This document shows positions 1 to 9,811 of a stretch of DNA of 64,000 bases, one piece after another. The notes under the pieces are model-generated. The model saw only the letters and a program-made list of their open reading frames with translations, made no database searches and was not told the origin of the DNA. The stretch is from Candidatus Cloacimonadales bacterium (GTDB lineage Bacteria; Cloacimonadota; Cloacimonadia; Cloacimonadales; JAFGVF01): contig OY759729.1 of NCBI GenBank assembly GCA_963662585.1, forward strand, positions 896,001-960,000, written 5' to 3'. How positions within the stretch are numbered: the stretch's first letter is position 1; every line of letters starts with the position of its first letter. A program made the position numbers and the translations under genes.

Positions 1-957
1 TGCAGGGCAACCACAAGCCATAGCCTCAACTAAAGATAATCCAAATGAATCTTTTAGAGAAGGGAAAATAACAACATCCGAAGCGTTATACCAATTTGTT
101 AGTTCTTTTTGGGGAAGAGAAGGAATCAAGGAAACTTGATTCTCAATATGTAAGTTAGTAATCGCATTAATGATATTATCTCTTTCTCCCCCATCTCCAA
201 TTAATACTAACTTAATATTCTTGCCTCTAAACAAAGACATTGCTTTGATAACATCTATATGTCTTTTCTGAGGAATTAAATTGGCAACATAGATTAAAAC
301 TAAGCTAAAAGAATCTAGTTTTAGTCTTTTTTTAAGTTCTTCTTTAGGTATGATTCTAAACAAATCACTGTTGTAACTATTTTGTATAGTGATTGGATTA
401 ATCTCAGGAACAACTTTCTTCATTAATGCAGAAAAAGCAAGAGAGACTCCGATCACCCTATTTGCATTTAATAATGCGTCACGAAATCTTGCTATGATAG
501 GAGGTGAAAATTGTTTAACATTTGTTTGTTCTAATGAATCTGGAAGGCACCTATTAGTATCCATTCCATGACTAGTAATAAGATAAGGAATATTCCATTT
601 CAGGGCTAAAATTTTTGCCACCATACCAGAAGGAAAACCATTTTGAGCATGAATTAGATCAAAGTCTTTTTTTTTGAATTTCCTCATCAATATTCTAGCA
701 ACGATTATTGGTTCATACTCAGTTAAATATTCTTTTGGAAGCCCCCAGTGCAAAGTTAGTGACATCTCACTTTTTGAAAGTGTTTTTTGCTGGGTCGTAC
801 TGAAGATATTCTTTAACTTACCTTTTTTATATTTAAAAAATTTCCAATAACTCAAATGTATATTAATATGAACTTCAATATTTCCAATAGTCTTTAAATC
901 TATTATTTGGTTTTGAATAAATGAAGTATCATAACTATTCAGAAATAGAACTTTCAT
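1..957 (-). CDS. Glycosyltransferase family 4 (3' end runs off the window)
   Basis: Not in the ORF track. ATG at 957 reads MKVLFLNSYDTSFIQNQ; the same frame at the window edge gives the GT4 motif ESFGLSLVEAMACGCPA. Overlaps the wzx stop. Confidence 0.9.
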   Translation of the reverse strand, partial: MKVLFLNSYDTSFIQNQIIDLKTIGNIEVHINIHLSYWKFFKYKKGKLKNIFSTTQQKTLSKSEMSLTLHWGLPKEYLTEYEPIIVARILMRKFKKKDFDLIHAQNGFPSGMVAKILALKWNIPYLITSHGMDTNRCLPDSLEQTNVKQFSPPIIARFRDALLNANRVIGVSLAFSALMKKVVPEINPITIQNSYNSDLFRIIPKEELKKRLKLDSFSLVLIYVANLIPQKRHIDVIKAMSLFRGKNIKLVLIGDGGERDNIINAITNLHIENQVSLIPSLPQKELTNWYNASDVVIFPSLKDSFGLSLVEAMACGCPA

Positions 958-2236
958 AATTACCTCTCCTAAAATAATATACTAGATAGCAGTTACTTAA
1001 CAGTGAATTTATAATAAACACTAAAGTAGTAGCATAGGCAGCCCCAATAATCCCATACTTAATGATAAAGATATAATCCAACAAAATATTTAATACTCCA
1101 CTGATACTAGTTATAACGACATTAACTTTAATTTTATGCAATGCGGCAATAAAGTTACCTGCAGGAATTCTAAAGGTACCAGCAAAAAAGAATCCGATTA
1201 AGAGAATTCTTAAAGCTGGCATAGAATCTGCATATTTAGCTGAAAACAGTAAATTGACAACAAATGGAGCAAAAACATATAGTATAGTAGTTATCAAGAA
1301 GTTTATTATAGCAAGTTTTTTTACAACTAAAAGATATTTGCTACGGACATATTCTTTGCTATTGGCATTCTTTCTAATGTAGGGATAAATGAACAAAATT
1401 ACCGATTGAGGAATGAATATTAAGTTGGAAGGCAGAAGAGTAGCTGCCTTATATTGAGCGACCAGTATACTACTAGCAAGGATTTGACCAACCAAAAAAG
1501 TATCAATCAAATAAAGTAATCTTGAAATTAAGTTGTTACCTAAAGAGATCATTGAAAACTTAATATAATCTATTTTAACTTTTGAATCCAAAATAGGTAG
1601 ATTGCGAATAGTCTCTTTATCCAAATGCCTGCAGAAAAGATAATCAAAAAGATAACTGCTCATTTGTGATATTATTAGGCCTGGTAAGGAGAAGAAGTAA
1701 CCTAATAAAAGCAAAGAAGTTGAACGATAGAAAGCAAAGAATAAAACTGAATAAGAGAACTCTCTATTTCTAAAAGTTGCTCTAAAGTAATTTTTATAGT
1801 TCTCTGCTAAGCCAAAGAAAAACATTGATATTGCTAATATCGCTACAACTTTATTTGTATTGGGGATTTTAAATTTATAGAAAAAAAGAAATATCAAACT
1901 AAACACTAATAATACTATGTTTCCGTAGATACTTAATTTATTTCCGAATAAAAATAGTTTCCTAGCTTTATTTTCCTTTTGATCTTTACTACAAAATTGT
2001 AATATACCTACGCTAGAGCCAGCACCTTGAAGCAGTGTTAAAAGAGTAAATATGTTAAAAGCATAAGACCAAAATCCATACACTTCTACATCTAAAATCC
2101 TAACTAACAATATTGAAGAAAGCATAAAAATAAATTTAGAGACAGTATTCGCTCCAAAAATATGCAGAAAGCCTTTCTCCATTAGTTTCTTAATAAAAAC
2201 CAGGGATCTGTTATATAACGAATTAAGATTAAGCAT
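935..2236 (-). CDS. wzx: Wzx-type polysaccharide flippase
   Basis: 433 aa, many TM segments; N-terminal LLVRILDVEVYG and C-terminal LNILLDYIFIIKYGIIGAAYAT typical of PST/MOP exporters; polysaccharide locus context. Confidence 0.85.
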   Translation of the reverse strand: MLNLNSLYNRSLVFIKKLMEKGFLHIFGANTVSKFIFMLSSILLVRILDVEVYGFWSYAFNIFTLLTLLQGAGSSVGILQFCSKDQKENKARKLFLFGNKLSIYGNIVLLVFSLIFLFFYKFKIPNTNKVVAILAISMFFFGLAENYKNYFRATFRNREFSYSVLFFAFYRSTSLLLLGYFFSLPGLIISQMSSYLFDYLFCRHLDKETIRNLPILDSKVKIDYIKFSMISLGNNLISRLLYLIDTFLVGQILASSILVAQYKAATLLPSNLIFIPQSVILFIYPYIRKNANSKEYVRSKYLLVVKKLAIINFLITTILYVFAPFVVNLLFSAKYADSMPALRILLIGFFFAGTFRIPAGNFIAALHKIKVNVVITSISGVLNILLDYIFIIKYGIIGAAYATTLVFIINSLLSNCYLVYYFRRGNYESSISE

Positions 2237-3494
2237 TAGTACTCTTTACCCTGTTCATATATACGAAAGCACTTAAATAACCAATAAAAACCCAGACTTG
2301 GAAGATTGAAAACAGGCTTGAAGGAATGAAGCCTACCATTAGAAAAATAGGTATTTGGAACATATTCATCTCAGCTAATATTTTCGCCTCTCCCCTTTCT
2401 CTATGGTAAATTGAGACTGTTTTTTTAAATAGACTAAATAAAAATAAAAAGAATGGTATAACTATCACAATTCCATAATTTGCTAGTAACTCAAAAAGAT
2501 AACTATGCGTATTCTCGATCCAGCCTATTTTAGCAAACTCACCTTTTTTTGCATGATAATCGTAGTTGCCTGCTCCAACACCTACAAAATTTGATTCTTG
2601 GAAATAATCAATTGCGTTTTTTATCATATTTATTCTGATTTTTGTTGAGCCTATTGTGTAATTATCTACTTCCTGTCCTATTGATTCATATTGGAATTTT
2701 AGATAAGCTTTTGCGAGTTCAAGTTCTTTGCTTTTGTGAATTGAGATATACCCATAAATCATTAACATTGCAATAATTATTAATCCAATAACTTTTAAAG
2801 ATCTTTTTTTTATTAATAAATACATTAGAAAGGGTATTGAGATAATCATACTAATCCTAGCTCCTGCTAAAGCAGCAATCACAACAAAAAAAAACACTAT
2901 TGATATATACATTAATTGCTGATAGAACTTTTTGGAAGTAATAAAGAAATATCCTGCAATAGGTAACATCATCGAAGTAATAACAGTTTGATTATTCTCA
3001 TTATAATAGAAACCGGTAGGAATAGGTATTTGAATACCTGAATATCTTGATATAGAAAGATGGTTCCCCGTGCTTAGTTCCCACAAAGAAGTTAAAATGT
3101 ATATAAATCCAATCCCTAAAATCGCTTTCAAGAACAATTTATGATTAGTAAATACTTTCACTAAAAAGAAAAAAGTGATGTAATAGATAAGGAAATGCAG
3201 TATTATATAGCGAATTTGCAGATAATAATACTGAAGGTCATCAACCCAGAATACAGTCAACAGTGGATAAGTCAAATATAGCAAGAAAAATAAAGCTGCC
3301 GATTTTGAGTATGCTACAAAAGAAACATCAACCTGATTGGCAACTGAGAACAGAAATATTACTACAATACTGACAGCAATCATCAAAAAGTATGAGTACC
3401 CATACAAGGGCATAAAAATACTCATATTAAGGATAATGAAGGCTAGTTTGTAGTAAAATTTAAGATTTGATTCTTTTTCTATCATTTTTACCAA
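2229..3494 (-). CDS. O-antigen polymerase/ligase family (Wzy_C) membrane protein
   Basis: Multi-TM; GFYYNEN, GAR, R...GVGAGNY and THSYLFELLANYGI motifs; lies between wzz and wzx. Confidence 0.8.
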   Translation of the reverse strand: MVKMIEKESNLKFYYKLAFIILNMSIFMPLYGYSYFLMIAVSIVVIFLFSVANQVDVSFVAYSKSAALFFLLYLTYPLLTVFWVDDLQYYYLQIRYIILHFLIYYITFFFLVKVFTNHKLFLKAILGIGFIYILTSLWELSTGNHLSISRYSGIQIPIPTGFYYNENNQTVITSMMLPIAGYFFITSKKFYQQLMYISIVFFFVVIAALAGARISMIISIPFLMYLLIKKRSLKVIGLIIIAMLMIYGYISIHKSKELELAKAYLKFQYESIGQEVDNYTIGSTKIRINMIKNAIDYFQESNFVGVGAGNYDYHAKKGEFAKIGWIENTHSYLFELLANYGIVIVIPFFLFLFSLFKKTVSIYHRERGEAKILAEMNMFQIPIFLMVGFIPSSLFSIFQVWVFIGYLSAFVYMNRVKSTNA

Positions 3495-4665
3495 AGAATA
3501 TTCTTATCGCTTGCTGAAACTTATCTTTATTAACCGAAGAAGTATTATCAATAATTATAGCTATGGTGCTGGAAATTATAAAAGATACTATAAATGTAAT
3601 TAAGCAAATAAAAGCTCTTTTAGGTTTTATCCTTAAACCTTGTAAATCAGCAGTGTTAATTATTTCAATAGTTGGTAAATCCTTAATCTCTTCAATTTTG
3701 GCCATTTCATATTGCGGATAAAGATATTCATAGATACTTCTATTAATTTTTATTTTCATTTCCAAAATTTCAGAAGTTACTAAATAATCTGGAATTTCAT
3801 CAATAGGTACAAAGTATTTATAAAAAGTCTTATCACTTTCTAGTTTTGAAATAGTATTTTTTAACTCATCTCTCTTTATTAATAATTCCTTGTAGTTAGG
3901 ATTATCCTCACCATAAGTATTTTTAACTACCGATATCATAGCATCATTTGTCATATCTTCAGTAATAACTTCGGAATAAACTTTTAACATTTGACTTGTT
4001 TGAGTTTCAGAAGATATAAATTTTGATTCTTTTTGAAAAGAGTTCAATTGCGAAACTAAGTCATTAAACTCATTATCAATTTCTTCCACTCTTTTTTCTA
4101 AAAACTCTCTCTGGAGTTTTCCTTTAGTGGTTCTAGTATTTAAATTATATTCTTGTAGGGATTCAATAAAGAATTCTACGATCTCTTTAGAGAGTTCTCG
4201 TGATTCAGTTTGAGCATAGACTGTAATAGCTTCAGTTTCTTTATCATAAAAAGAACTATAAACTGTTGTATTAAAGGCCTTTAATGCCATCTCCATGGCC
4301 ATAAGAGTGTCTTTCTCAGTTATTTCAAAATAGTCATACATATTGAATTTTCGAACAGCTTGTTTTTTTAAATCTCTGCTATCTAAATACATGATATTAT
4401 TGAGAGCTTCAGAAGAACTTACATTCCCCAGCATACCTAAGCCTAAATCTCCCAACATGGAAGCACCAATTCCTTTCGCGCTCATTTGATCTGAAACTGA
4501 TATAAAAGTACTGCCAGAGCCCCAAATTTCAGGAGTTATTAAAGAATACACTACAGCAGCAAGACTGAAAATAGAAGTAAAAATTATAATGAACCATTTC
4601 TTCCTAGCTATAGAAATTAGTATATCAAATAGAGTCAGTTCCATATTATTATGTTTATCTTGCAT
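3460..4665 (-). CDS. wzz: Wzz/GNVR polysaccharide chain-length determinant
   Basis: N-terminal TM, coiled-coil middle, C-terminal KPKR followed by a TM segment. Confidence 0.85.
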   Translation of the reverse strand: MQDKHNNMELTLFDILISIARKKWFIIIFTSIFSLAAVVYSLITPEIWGSGSTFISVSDQMSAKGIGASMLGDLGLGMLGNVSSSEALNNIMYLDSRDLKKQAVRKFNMYDYFEITEKDTLMAMEMALKAFNTTVYSSFYDKETEAITVYAQTESRELSKEIVEFFIESLQEYNLNTRTTKGKLQREFLEKRVEEIDNEFNDLVSQLNSFQKESKFISSETQTSQMLKVYSEVITEDMTNDAMISVVKNTYGEDNPNYKELLIKRDELKNTISKLESDKTFYKYFVPIDEIPDYLVTSEILEMKIKINRSIYEYLYPQYEMAKIEEIKDLPTIEIINTADLQGLRIKPKRAFICLITFIVSFIISSTIAIIIDNTSSVNKDKFQQAIRIFFGKNDRKRIKS

Positions 4666-4669
4666 CTTT

Positions 4670-5731
4670 TTAAATCCCCATTTTTTTGATTATTAAATCA
4701 CTCATCTTCTTACTCACATTATCGCCAAATATTCCATATTCAGGGAAAGTTGGATTAAAATTCTTAATTAAATCTGTTAATTCTTTATTAATCTCAGTAA
4801 TCAGTAAGTTCACACCTTCCGATACTGTCTCCACCCACTCGGTTTCACTTCTGAGGGTAATGCAAGGTCTTTTTAGAATACATGCTTCTTTTTGAATTCC
4901 ACCCGAATCAGTAATAATTTTAACAGCATTCTGTTGAAGAATCAGAAAATCTAGATATCCTTGAGGGTCGATAAGTCTTATATTAGAAAGGCTTTGGGAA
5001 AGGTTAGTTTCCAGAATCTTTCTAGTTCTAGGATGAATTGGAAACAATACTTCTTTATCCAAACTATTCAGTAAAGTAAGAATTTTACTTAGTTTGGTAG
5101 GATCATCGACATTATAAGGCCTGTGCAAAGTAAGTAAGTAATAGCTTTTTGATTCAAGTTGAAGAGATTCCATTACGGTAGACTTTTCTTTAGCAATAGT
5201 GATGTTTTGACTAATAGAATCTGTCATAATATCACCAGTAAGATAAGTGATGTCTTTTAAGCCTTCATCAGTTAGATTCTTTACAGCAGTAGGAGTAGGA
5301 GCTAATAGATAGTTGGAAATCCTATCCGCTAAAATCCTATTTACTTCTTCTGGCATAGAACGATTAAAACTTCTTAATCCAGCTTCTACATGAAAAATAG
5401 GAATTTCTAATTTAGCTGCAGCCAAAGCGCCAGCAAGAGTAGAATTAGTATCCCCATAAATAATCAAAGCACAATCTTTTACTTCTAAAAGAATTTCTTC
5501 TATACCTTTCATCATCTCTGCAGTTTGATAAGCATGAGAACCTTGATTTATATTTAAATTATAATTAGGTTTTGGAATTGCAAGATCTTCAAAGAAAATC
5601 TTAGACATCTTTTCATCATAATGTTGACCTGTATGTATAATTAACTGTTCAGCTTTAAATTGAATTTCTTTATATAAAGGAGCTAATTTAACGAATTGTG
5701 GGCGTGCTCCAACAATGTGTATAATCTTCAT
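4670..5731 (-). CDS. wecB: UDP-N-acetylglucosamine 2-epimerase (non-hydrolysing)
   Basis: GARPQFVK, HTGQHYD, YGDTNS, HVEAGLRS, MPEEVNR, TDSGGIQKEA motifs. Confidence 0.95.
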   Translation of the reverse strand: MKIIHIVGARPQFVKLAPLYKEIQFKAEQLIIHTGQHYDEKMSKIFFEDLAIPKPNYNLNINQGSHAYQTAEMMKGIEEILLEVKDCALIIYGDTNSTLAGALAAAKLEIPIFHVEAGLRSFNRSMPEEVNRILADRISNYLLAPTPTAVKNLTDEGLKDITYLTGDIMTDSISQNITIAKEKSTVMESLQLESKSYYLLTLHRPYNVDDPTKLSKILTLLNSLDKEVLFPIHPRTRKILETNLSQSLSNIRLIDPQGYLDFLILQQNAVKIITDSGGIQKEACILKRPCITLRSETEWVETVSEGVNLLITEINKELTDLIKNFNPTFPEYGIFGDNVSKKMSDLIIKKMGI

Positions 5732-5910
5732 CTGTTATTTCCTTACTATTTTTTTCCAATCTCTTAAATTTAGTAGAAATCGTCAAGTGATTTTATATTG
5801 CTGATTTATTATATTGAAATAACCAATTATTAATCTTGACAAAAAGACCTCCCACATATAAAAATGTAAAATATATGGTATAATTAATGTTAATAGAGGA
5901 ATATTTAGTT

Positions 5911-7197
5911 ATGAGAAAGTATAAAAATTTCGTATTAATAGTATTTGTTTTAACAATATTATGTATTGGTTGTGACGATAAATCAGCAAATACTAAGAAT
6001 ATTAAGGAAACAAAAACTATTAATGTCCAATTTGAAGAACTATATGCAAATAATATTGAACCAGATAGTTTAATAGTTTCTCTAGAATTGCAAAATAACA
6101 CAATTAGTAACACTTATCGAGAATTAGAAAGTAACATGAACATTGAACTGGTATTTTGGATGGAATTAGAGGGGGAAATGATTATAAAAGCGGCTCTATA
6201 TTGGGGTGATTCTAAAAAAGCTACTTACTCTAAATACAGGGTTAATGAAGATTTAAATATTGGCCTGCTCAAAGCAAAATACTACCATCAAAATGTTACA
6301 CTTAAATTAGATACAAATCCTTTAGAAAGTGTTGAGGTCTCAGATTTTTACAATTATGATGCCCTAGATCATTTTTTTAAAGAATATCAAATTGAGAATG
6401 TTGATTTAAAAGCAGATCAATACCTAAATACTCCTATGAAATTCATGATGAATCATAGTATTCTAACTGATTTATTAAATGAAGATTTGATCCCTGTGGT
6501 TCACTATTCTTTTGGAGATTATTTCAATCCTATCACTACTTGCAACAATGCTTTTGGTTGCTATAATGACTACCTAAGAACAAACACTGAAGAGTCTTTA
6601 GATTGGTTTTATATAAATGCAGATTGGTTAATCAATTACAAAGATAATGATGGATTATTTAGATATCAATTTGATTGGGTCCATGAAAATGCTAACCTGC
6701 CGATTGGCTGGACTTCTGCCATGGCACAAGGTCAAACATTAGCTGTTATGTGTATGGCATACCATAACTCAGGAGATAATAAATACTTACAAGCAGCAGA
6801 AGTTATTTTTACGACTATGCATAAAAACTTTGGAAGCTCATGGAATCTTTTTATTGATGACGAGGATTATCTTTGGTATGAAGAATATCCTAATAGTGAT
6901 TTTTGCCATGTTTTGAATGGTAAATTGTTTGGAATGTGGGGATTATGGGATTATTATTGCATAACTAGAAATAATGATGCTTTAAAGCTATTACAGGGTG
7001 GTATTGCTTCTGTTATAGACAATTATCAGATATGGGATGTCGATGGTCAGGATGGTTCGAGTTATTGTACTCATTCAGATACAATATCTGATTATCATTG
7101 GATTCACAAAAGGCAACTTGCTGAATATAGAGATATGTTTGATATTAATGAGTTCGATATTATTTTAAAGACTTTTACTAATGAAAGAAACAACTGA
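5911..7197 (+). CDS. Lipoprotein with D-glucuronyl C5-epimerase C-terminal domain
   Basis: Probable start ATG 5911 (GAGG upstream) gives a signal peptide with lipobox LCIGC; WTSAMAQGQ, WYEEYP, HVLNG, YHWIH match GLCE/C5-epim_C motifs. Confidence 0.75.
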   Translation: MRKYKNFVLIVFVLTILCIGCDDKSANTKNIKETKTINVQFEELYANNIEPDSLIVSLELQNNTISNTYRELESNMNIELVFWMELEGEMIIKAALYWGDSKKATYSKYRVNEDLNIGLLKAKYYHQNVTLKLDTNPLESVEVSDFYNYDALDHFFKEYQIENVDLKADQYLNTPMKFMMNHSILTDLLNEDLIPVVHYSFGDYFNPITTCNNAFGCYNDYLRTNTEESLDWFYINADWLINYKDNDGLFRYQFDWVHENANLPIGWTSAMAQGQTLAVMCMAYHNSGDNKYLQAAEVIFTTMHKNFGSSWNLFIDDEDYLWYEEYPNSDFCHVLNGKLFGMWGLWDYYCITRNNDALKLLQGGIASVIDNYQIWDVDGQDGSSYCTHSDTISDYHWIHKRQLAEYRDMFDINEFDIILKTFTNERNN

Positions 7198-7350
7198 TTT
7201 ATAAACTAGTATTATCTATTACTAGAAGAGAATATTAAGGGCTACAGAATTTATTTCCTAGTCCTTTTTTTATTTTTTTAAAACCTTAACTCGTAGTTTA
7301 AACAAAATACTTGACTTGATACTCCTCTTCAATTTTTATTAACAAAATCT

Positions 7351-8016
7351 TTGCAGGAGCTATTTATTAAAAAATTCATAACAGTAATTTTATTAGTTTT
7401 ATTCTCTAGTATTGCCTTTGGTCAGATGCAACTAGCTCGACTCCATTATTCTGGAGGAGGAGATTGGTATAACGACCCTGAGGTACTTCCTAATTTAGCT
7501 TATTTTGCTAATAAAGAGCTTAATCTAAAGCTTTCTGCTAATGAGAAAATAATTAAGTTAACTGATGCAGACTTACCTGATTTTCCTTTTATTTATATGA
7601 CAGGGCATGGTAATGTTAAGCTTTCTGTGCGGGAAATAGATAATTTAAATAAGTATCTATTAAGCGGAGGATTTTTATACTGTGATGATGATTATGGAAT
7701 AGATAAATCTTTTAGAAGTGAAATGAAGAAAGTTTTTCCTAATCGGGAATTAATAGAATTACCTAAAGAACATGACTTATTTAACTGCTATTTTGACTTC
7801 TCACAAGGAACCCCCAAAATTCATGAACATGATAAAAAACGCCCCCAAACATTTGCTATTTTTGATGATTTTGGCAGAATGATGGTTCTCTACACCTACG
7901 AATCAAATATTTCTGATGGTTGGGCAGACTACAACACCCATAAAGATTCAGACCAAACCCGTGAAAAAGCTCTTAAGTTTGGTACTAACATTTTATATTA
8001 TCTCTTAACTAAATAA
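7351..8016 (+). CDS. DUF4159 family secreted protein
   Basis: YSGGGDWYNDP, PFIYMTGHG, GGFLYCDDDYG, PKIHEHD motifs; start uncertain (TTG 7351 or ATT 7366). Confidence 0.8.
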   Translation: MQELFIKKFITVILLVLFSSIAFGQMQLARLHYSGGGDWYNDPEVLPNLAYFANKELNLKLSANEKIIKLTDADLPDFPFIYMTGHGNVKLSVREIDNLNKYLLSGGFLYCDDDYGIDKSFRSEMKKVFPNRELIELPKEHDLFNCYFDFSQGTPKIHEHDKKRPQTFAIFDDFGRMMVLYTYESNISDGWADYNTHKDSDQTREKALKFGTNILYYLLTK

Positions 8017-8017
8017 C

Positions 8018-8743
8018 ATGAAAATATATATAATTTCAGATACTCATATAAAATTTGTTGAGAAAGAAGAAGATAGATCTCGCCGAGAAAGAGTCTCTTC
8101 ATTTTTGCAAAATCTCCCTCAAGATACAGACTTGCTAATTCTAAATGGAGATATATTTGATTTATGGTTCGATTGGAATAGTGTAATTATCGCTGGATAC
8201 TATGATTTTATTCATGAGCTTAAAGCTGTAATTAGTCGTGGTATCAGAATTGTTATGCTAGCTGGCAATCATGATTTTTGGTTCAATGGTTTCTTAGAAA
8301 GATTAGGTATAGAAATATATTCAGACTACTTTATTACTATGGATAAGCAGACACAAATTTATGTTACTCATGGAGATAAATATACCTCAAATGATTTCCG
8401 CTACTTCATCTTTAGAAATTTGCTAAGGAATCCTGTAACTAAATTTATTTTTAATTTAGTTCATCCAGAATTATCTCTGAATATTGGAAAGATGCTCTCA
8501 CGCTCAAGTCGCGATAGACAAGATTCTCCCCTAATAATCAAGAAGAAGAACCAAGGATTAGTGAAATTTGCTGAAAAAAAGATTGGAGATGGTTATCAGA
8601 TAGTTTCGATGGGCCATGCTCATAACCCTCAGAAATTAAAAATCAATGATGGTTTTTATCTAAATAGTGGAGATTGGATTATCCATAATAGCTATATTGA
8701 AATAATCGATGGAAATGCAGAATTAAAATTTTACAATAAATAA
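8018..8743 (+). CDS. lpxH: UDP-2,3-diacylglucosamine diphosphatase (LpxH-like metallophosphoesterase)
   Basis: SDTH, GDIFD, GNHD, HGD, GHAH, NSGDW motifs. Confidence 0.8.
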   Translation: MKIYIISDTHIKFVEKEEDRSRRERVSSFLQNLPQDTDLLILNGDIFDLWFDWNSVIIAGYYDFIHELKAVISRGIRIVMLAGNHDFWFNGFLERLGIEIYSDYFITMDKQTQIYVTHGDKYTSNDFRYFIFRNLLRNPVTKFIFNLVHPELSLNIGKMLSRSSRDRQDSPLIIKKKNQGLVKFAEKKIGDGYQIVSMGHAHNPQKLKINDGFYLNSGDWIIHNSYIEIIDGNAELKFYNK

Positions 8744-8760
8744 AAAAAACGGAGGAATAA

Positions 8761-9555
8761 ATGAGAATTTTAAAAGTAATACTAATTAGTGTAATCTTAT
8801 TAAGCTTAAGTTTATCACTTAGTGCCAAAAATGTCCAAGCTGTTATCAAAACTAATCAAGGAGATATTGAGGTTGAACTTACTAAAGATCTAACCCCTAA
8901 AACTGTAGATAATTTCATTAAACTAGCTAATAAAGGATTCTATGAAGGAATTTATTTCCACAGAGTAATCCCTGATTTTATGATTCAAGGTGGTGATCCT
9001 AACACTCTTAATGATGATAGAGGTGATGATGGAACGGGTGGACCTGGCTATAAATTCAAGGATGAAACATATTCTACTGATGGTGGTAAGAAACTCACCG
9101 GAAAGATAACTTCTGAAGAAGATGTTATTCGCCTTTATCAAGAAGTTTTAGTCCCTTATATGCAAAAGAACAGAGACAAGGCTGATAAAGATATTGCTAG
9201 TATTATGGATAAAGTAGCTTCTGCCCAATCAGGAGCACCAATCATGGAACATAATTATGAATATTACTATGATAAAACTAATTCCCAACCATTAATGACA
9301 AAAGGGAAATTAATTGCAAGTGTAGATTATGCTACTCTTTGTATGGCTAATTCAGGGGCAAACACTAACGGTTCTCAATTCTTCATCGTTACTAAAGAAG
9401 GTGGAGCTTCTTGGCTTAATGGCAAGCATACTGTTTTTGGTAAAGTAACAAAAGGTATGGATATAGTTCATAAAATTGAAAAGTTGCCAAGAGATAATAG
9501 AGATAATCCTCTTCCTGATAATCAAGCTATTATTGAGAAAGTGATAATCAAGTAA
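8761..9555 (+). CDS. Secreted cyclophilin-type peptidyl-prolyl isomerase with internal insertion
   Basis: Signal peptide; FHRVIPDFMIQGGDP, GGPGY, MANSGANTNGSQFF, WLNGKHTVFG. Confidence 0.9.
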   Translation: MRILKVILISVILLSLSLSLSAKNVQAVIKTNQGDIEVELTKDLTPKTVDNFIKLANKGFYEGIYFHRVIPDFMIQGGDPNTLNDDRGDDGTGGPGYKFKDETYSTDGGKKLTGKITSEEDVIRLYQEVLVPYMQKNRDKADKDIASIMDKVASAQSGAPIMEHNYEYYYDKTNSQPLMTKGKLIASVDYATLCMANSGANTNGSQFFIVTKEGGASWLNGKHTVFGKVTKGMDIVHKIEKLPRDNRDNPLPDNQAIIEKVIIK

Positions 9556-9752
9556 TGAAAGTTCTTTACACTTTTGTAGATAGCAATGGTGCTAAGAGTC
9601 ATGTTGTTATTAGTAAAATTCGTAAAGTAGCCCTAACTTTAGGGAGCATTGTTTTGCAGTATGATAATGGTGATACTGACACTTATGATGTTGAAAATGG
9701 AACTGAAGTTCTTCATGAAATTTTAAATTCTCTAGAAGAATACTATAAATAG
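9555..9752 (+). CDS. Small hypothetical protein
   Basis: 65 aa; TAATG stop/start coupling with the cyclophilin gene; followed by a hairpin. Confidence 0.65.
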   Translation: MKVLYTFVDSNGAKSHVVISKIRKVALTLGSIVLQYDNGDTDTYDVENGTEVLHEILNSLEEYYK

Positions 9753-9767
9753 ATTACTTATCTTGAG

Positions 9768-9797
9768 CAGGAGATTGATTCTTTTATTAATCTCCTG
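9768..9797 (+). terminator. Hairpin after the small ORF (possible terminator or RNA stability element)
   Basis: CAGGAGATTGA...TTAATCTCCTG inverted repeat; weak U-tract. Confidence 0.4.
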
Positions 9798-9811
9798 TCT
9801 TCATTTTACTT

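Noticed and set aside
389..6113. Short ORFs 389-571, 4686-4895, 5793-6113 and similar antisense ORFs across the window
   Set aside because: They overlap well-supported genes on the opposite strand or in another frame and have no recognisable motifs.
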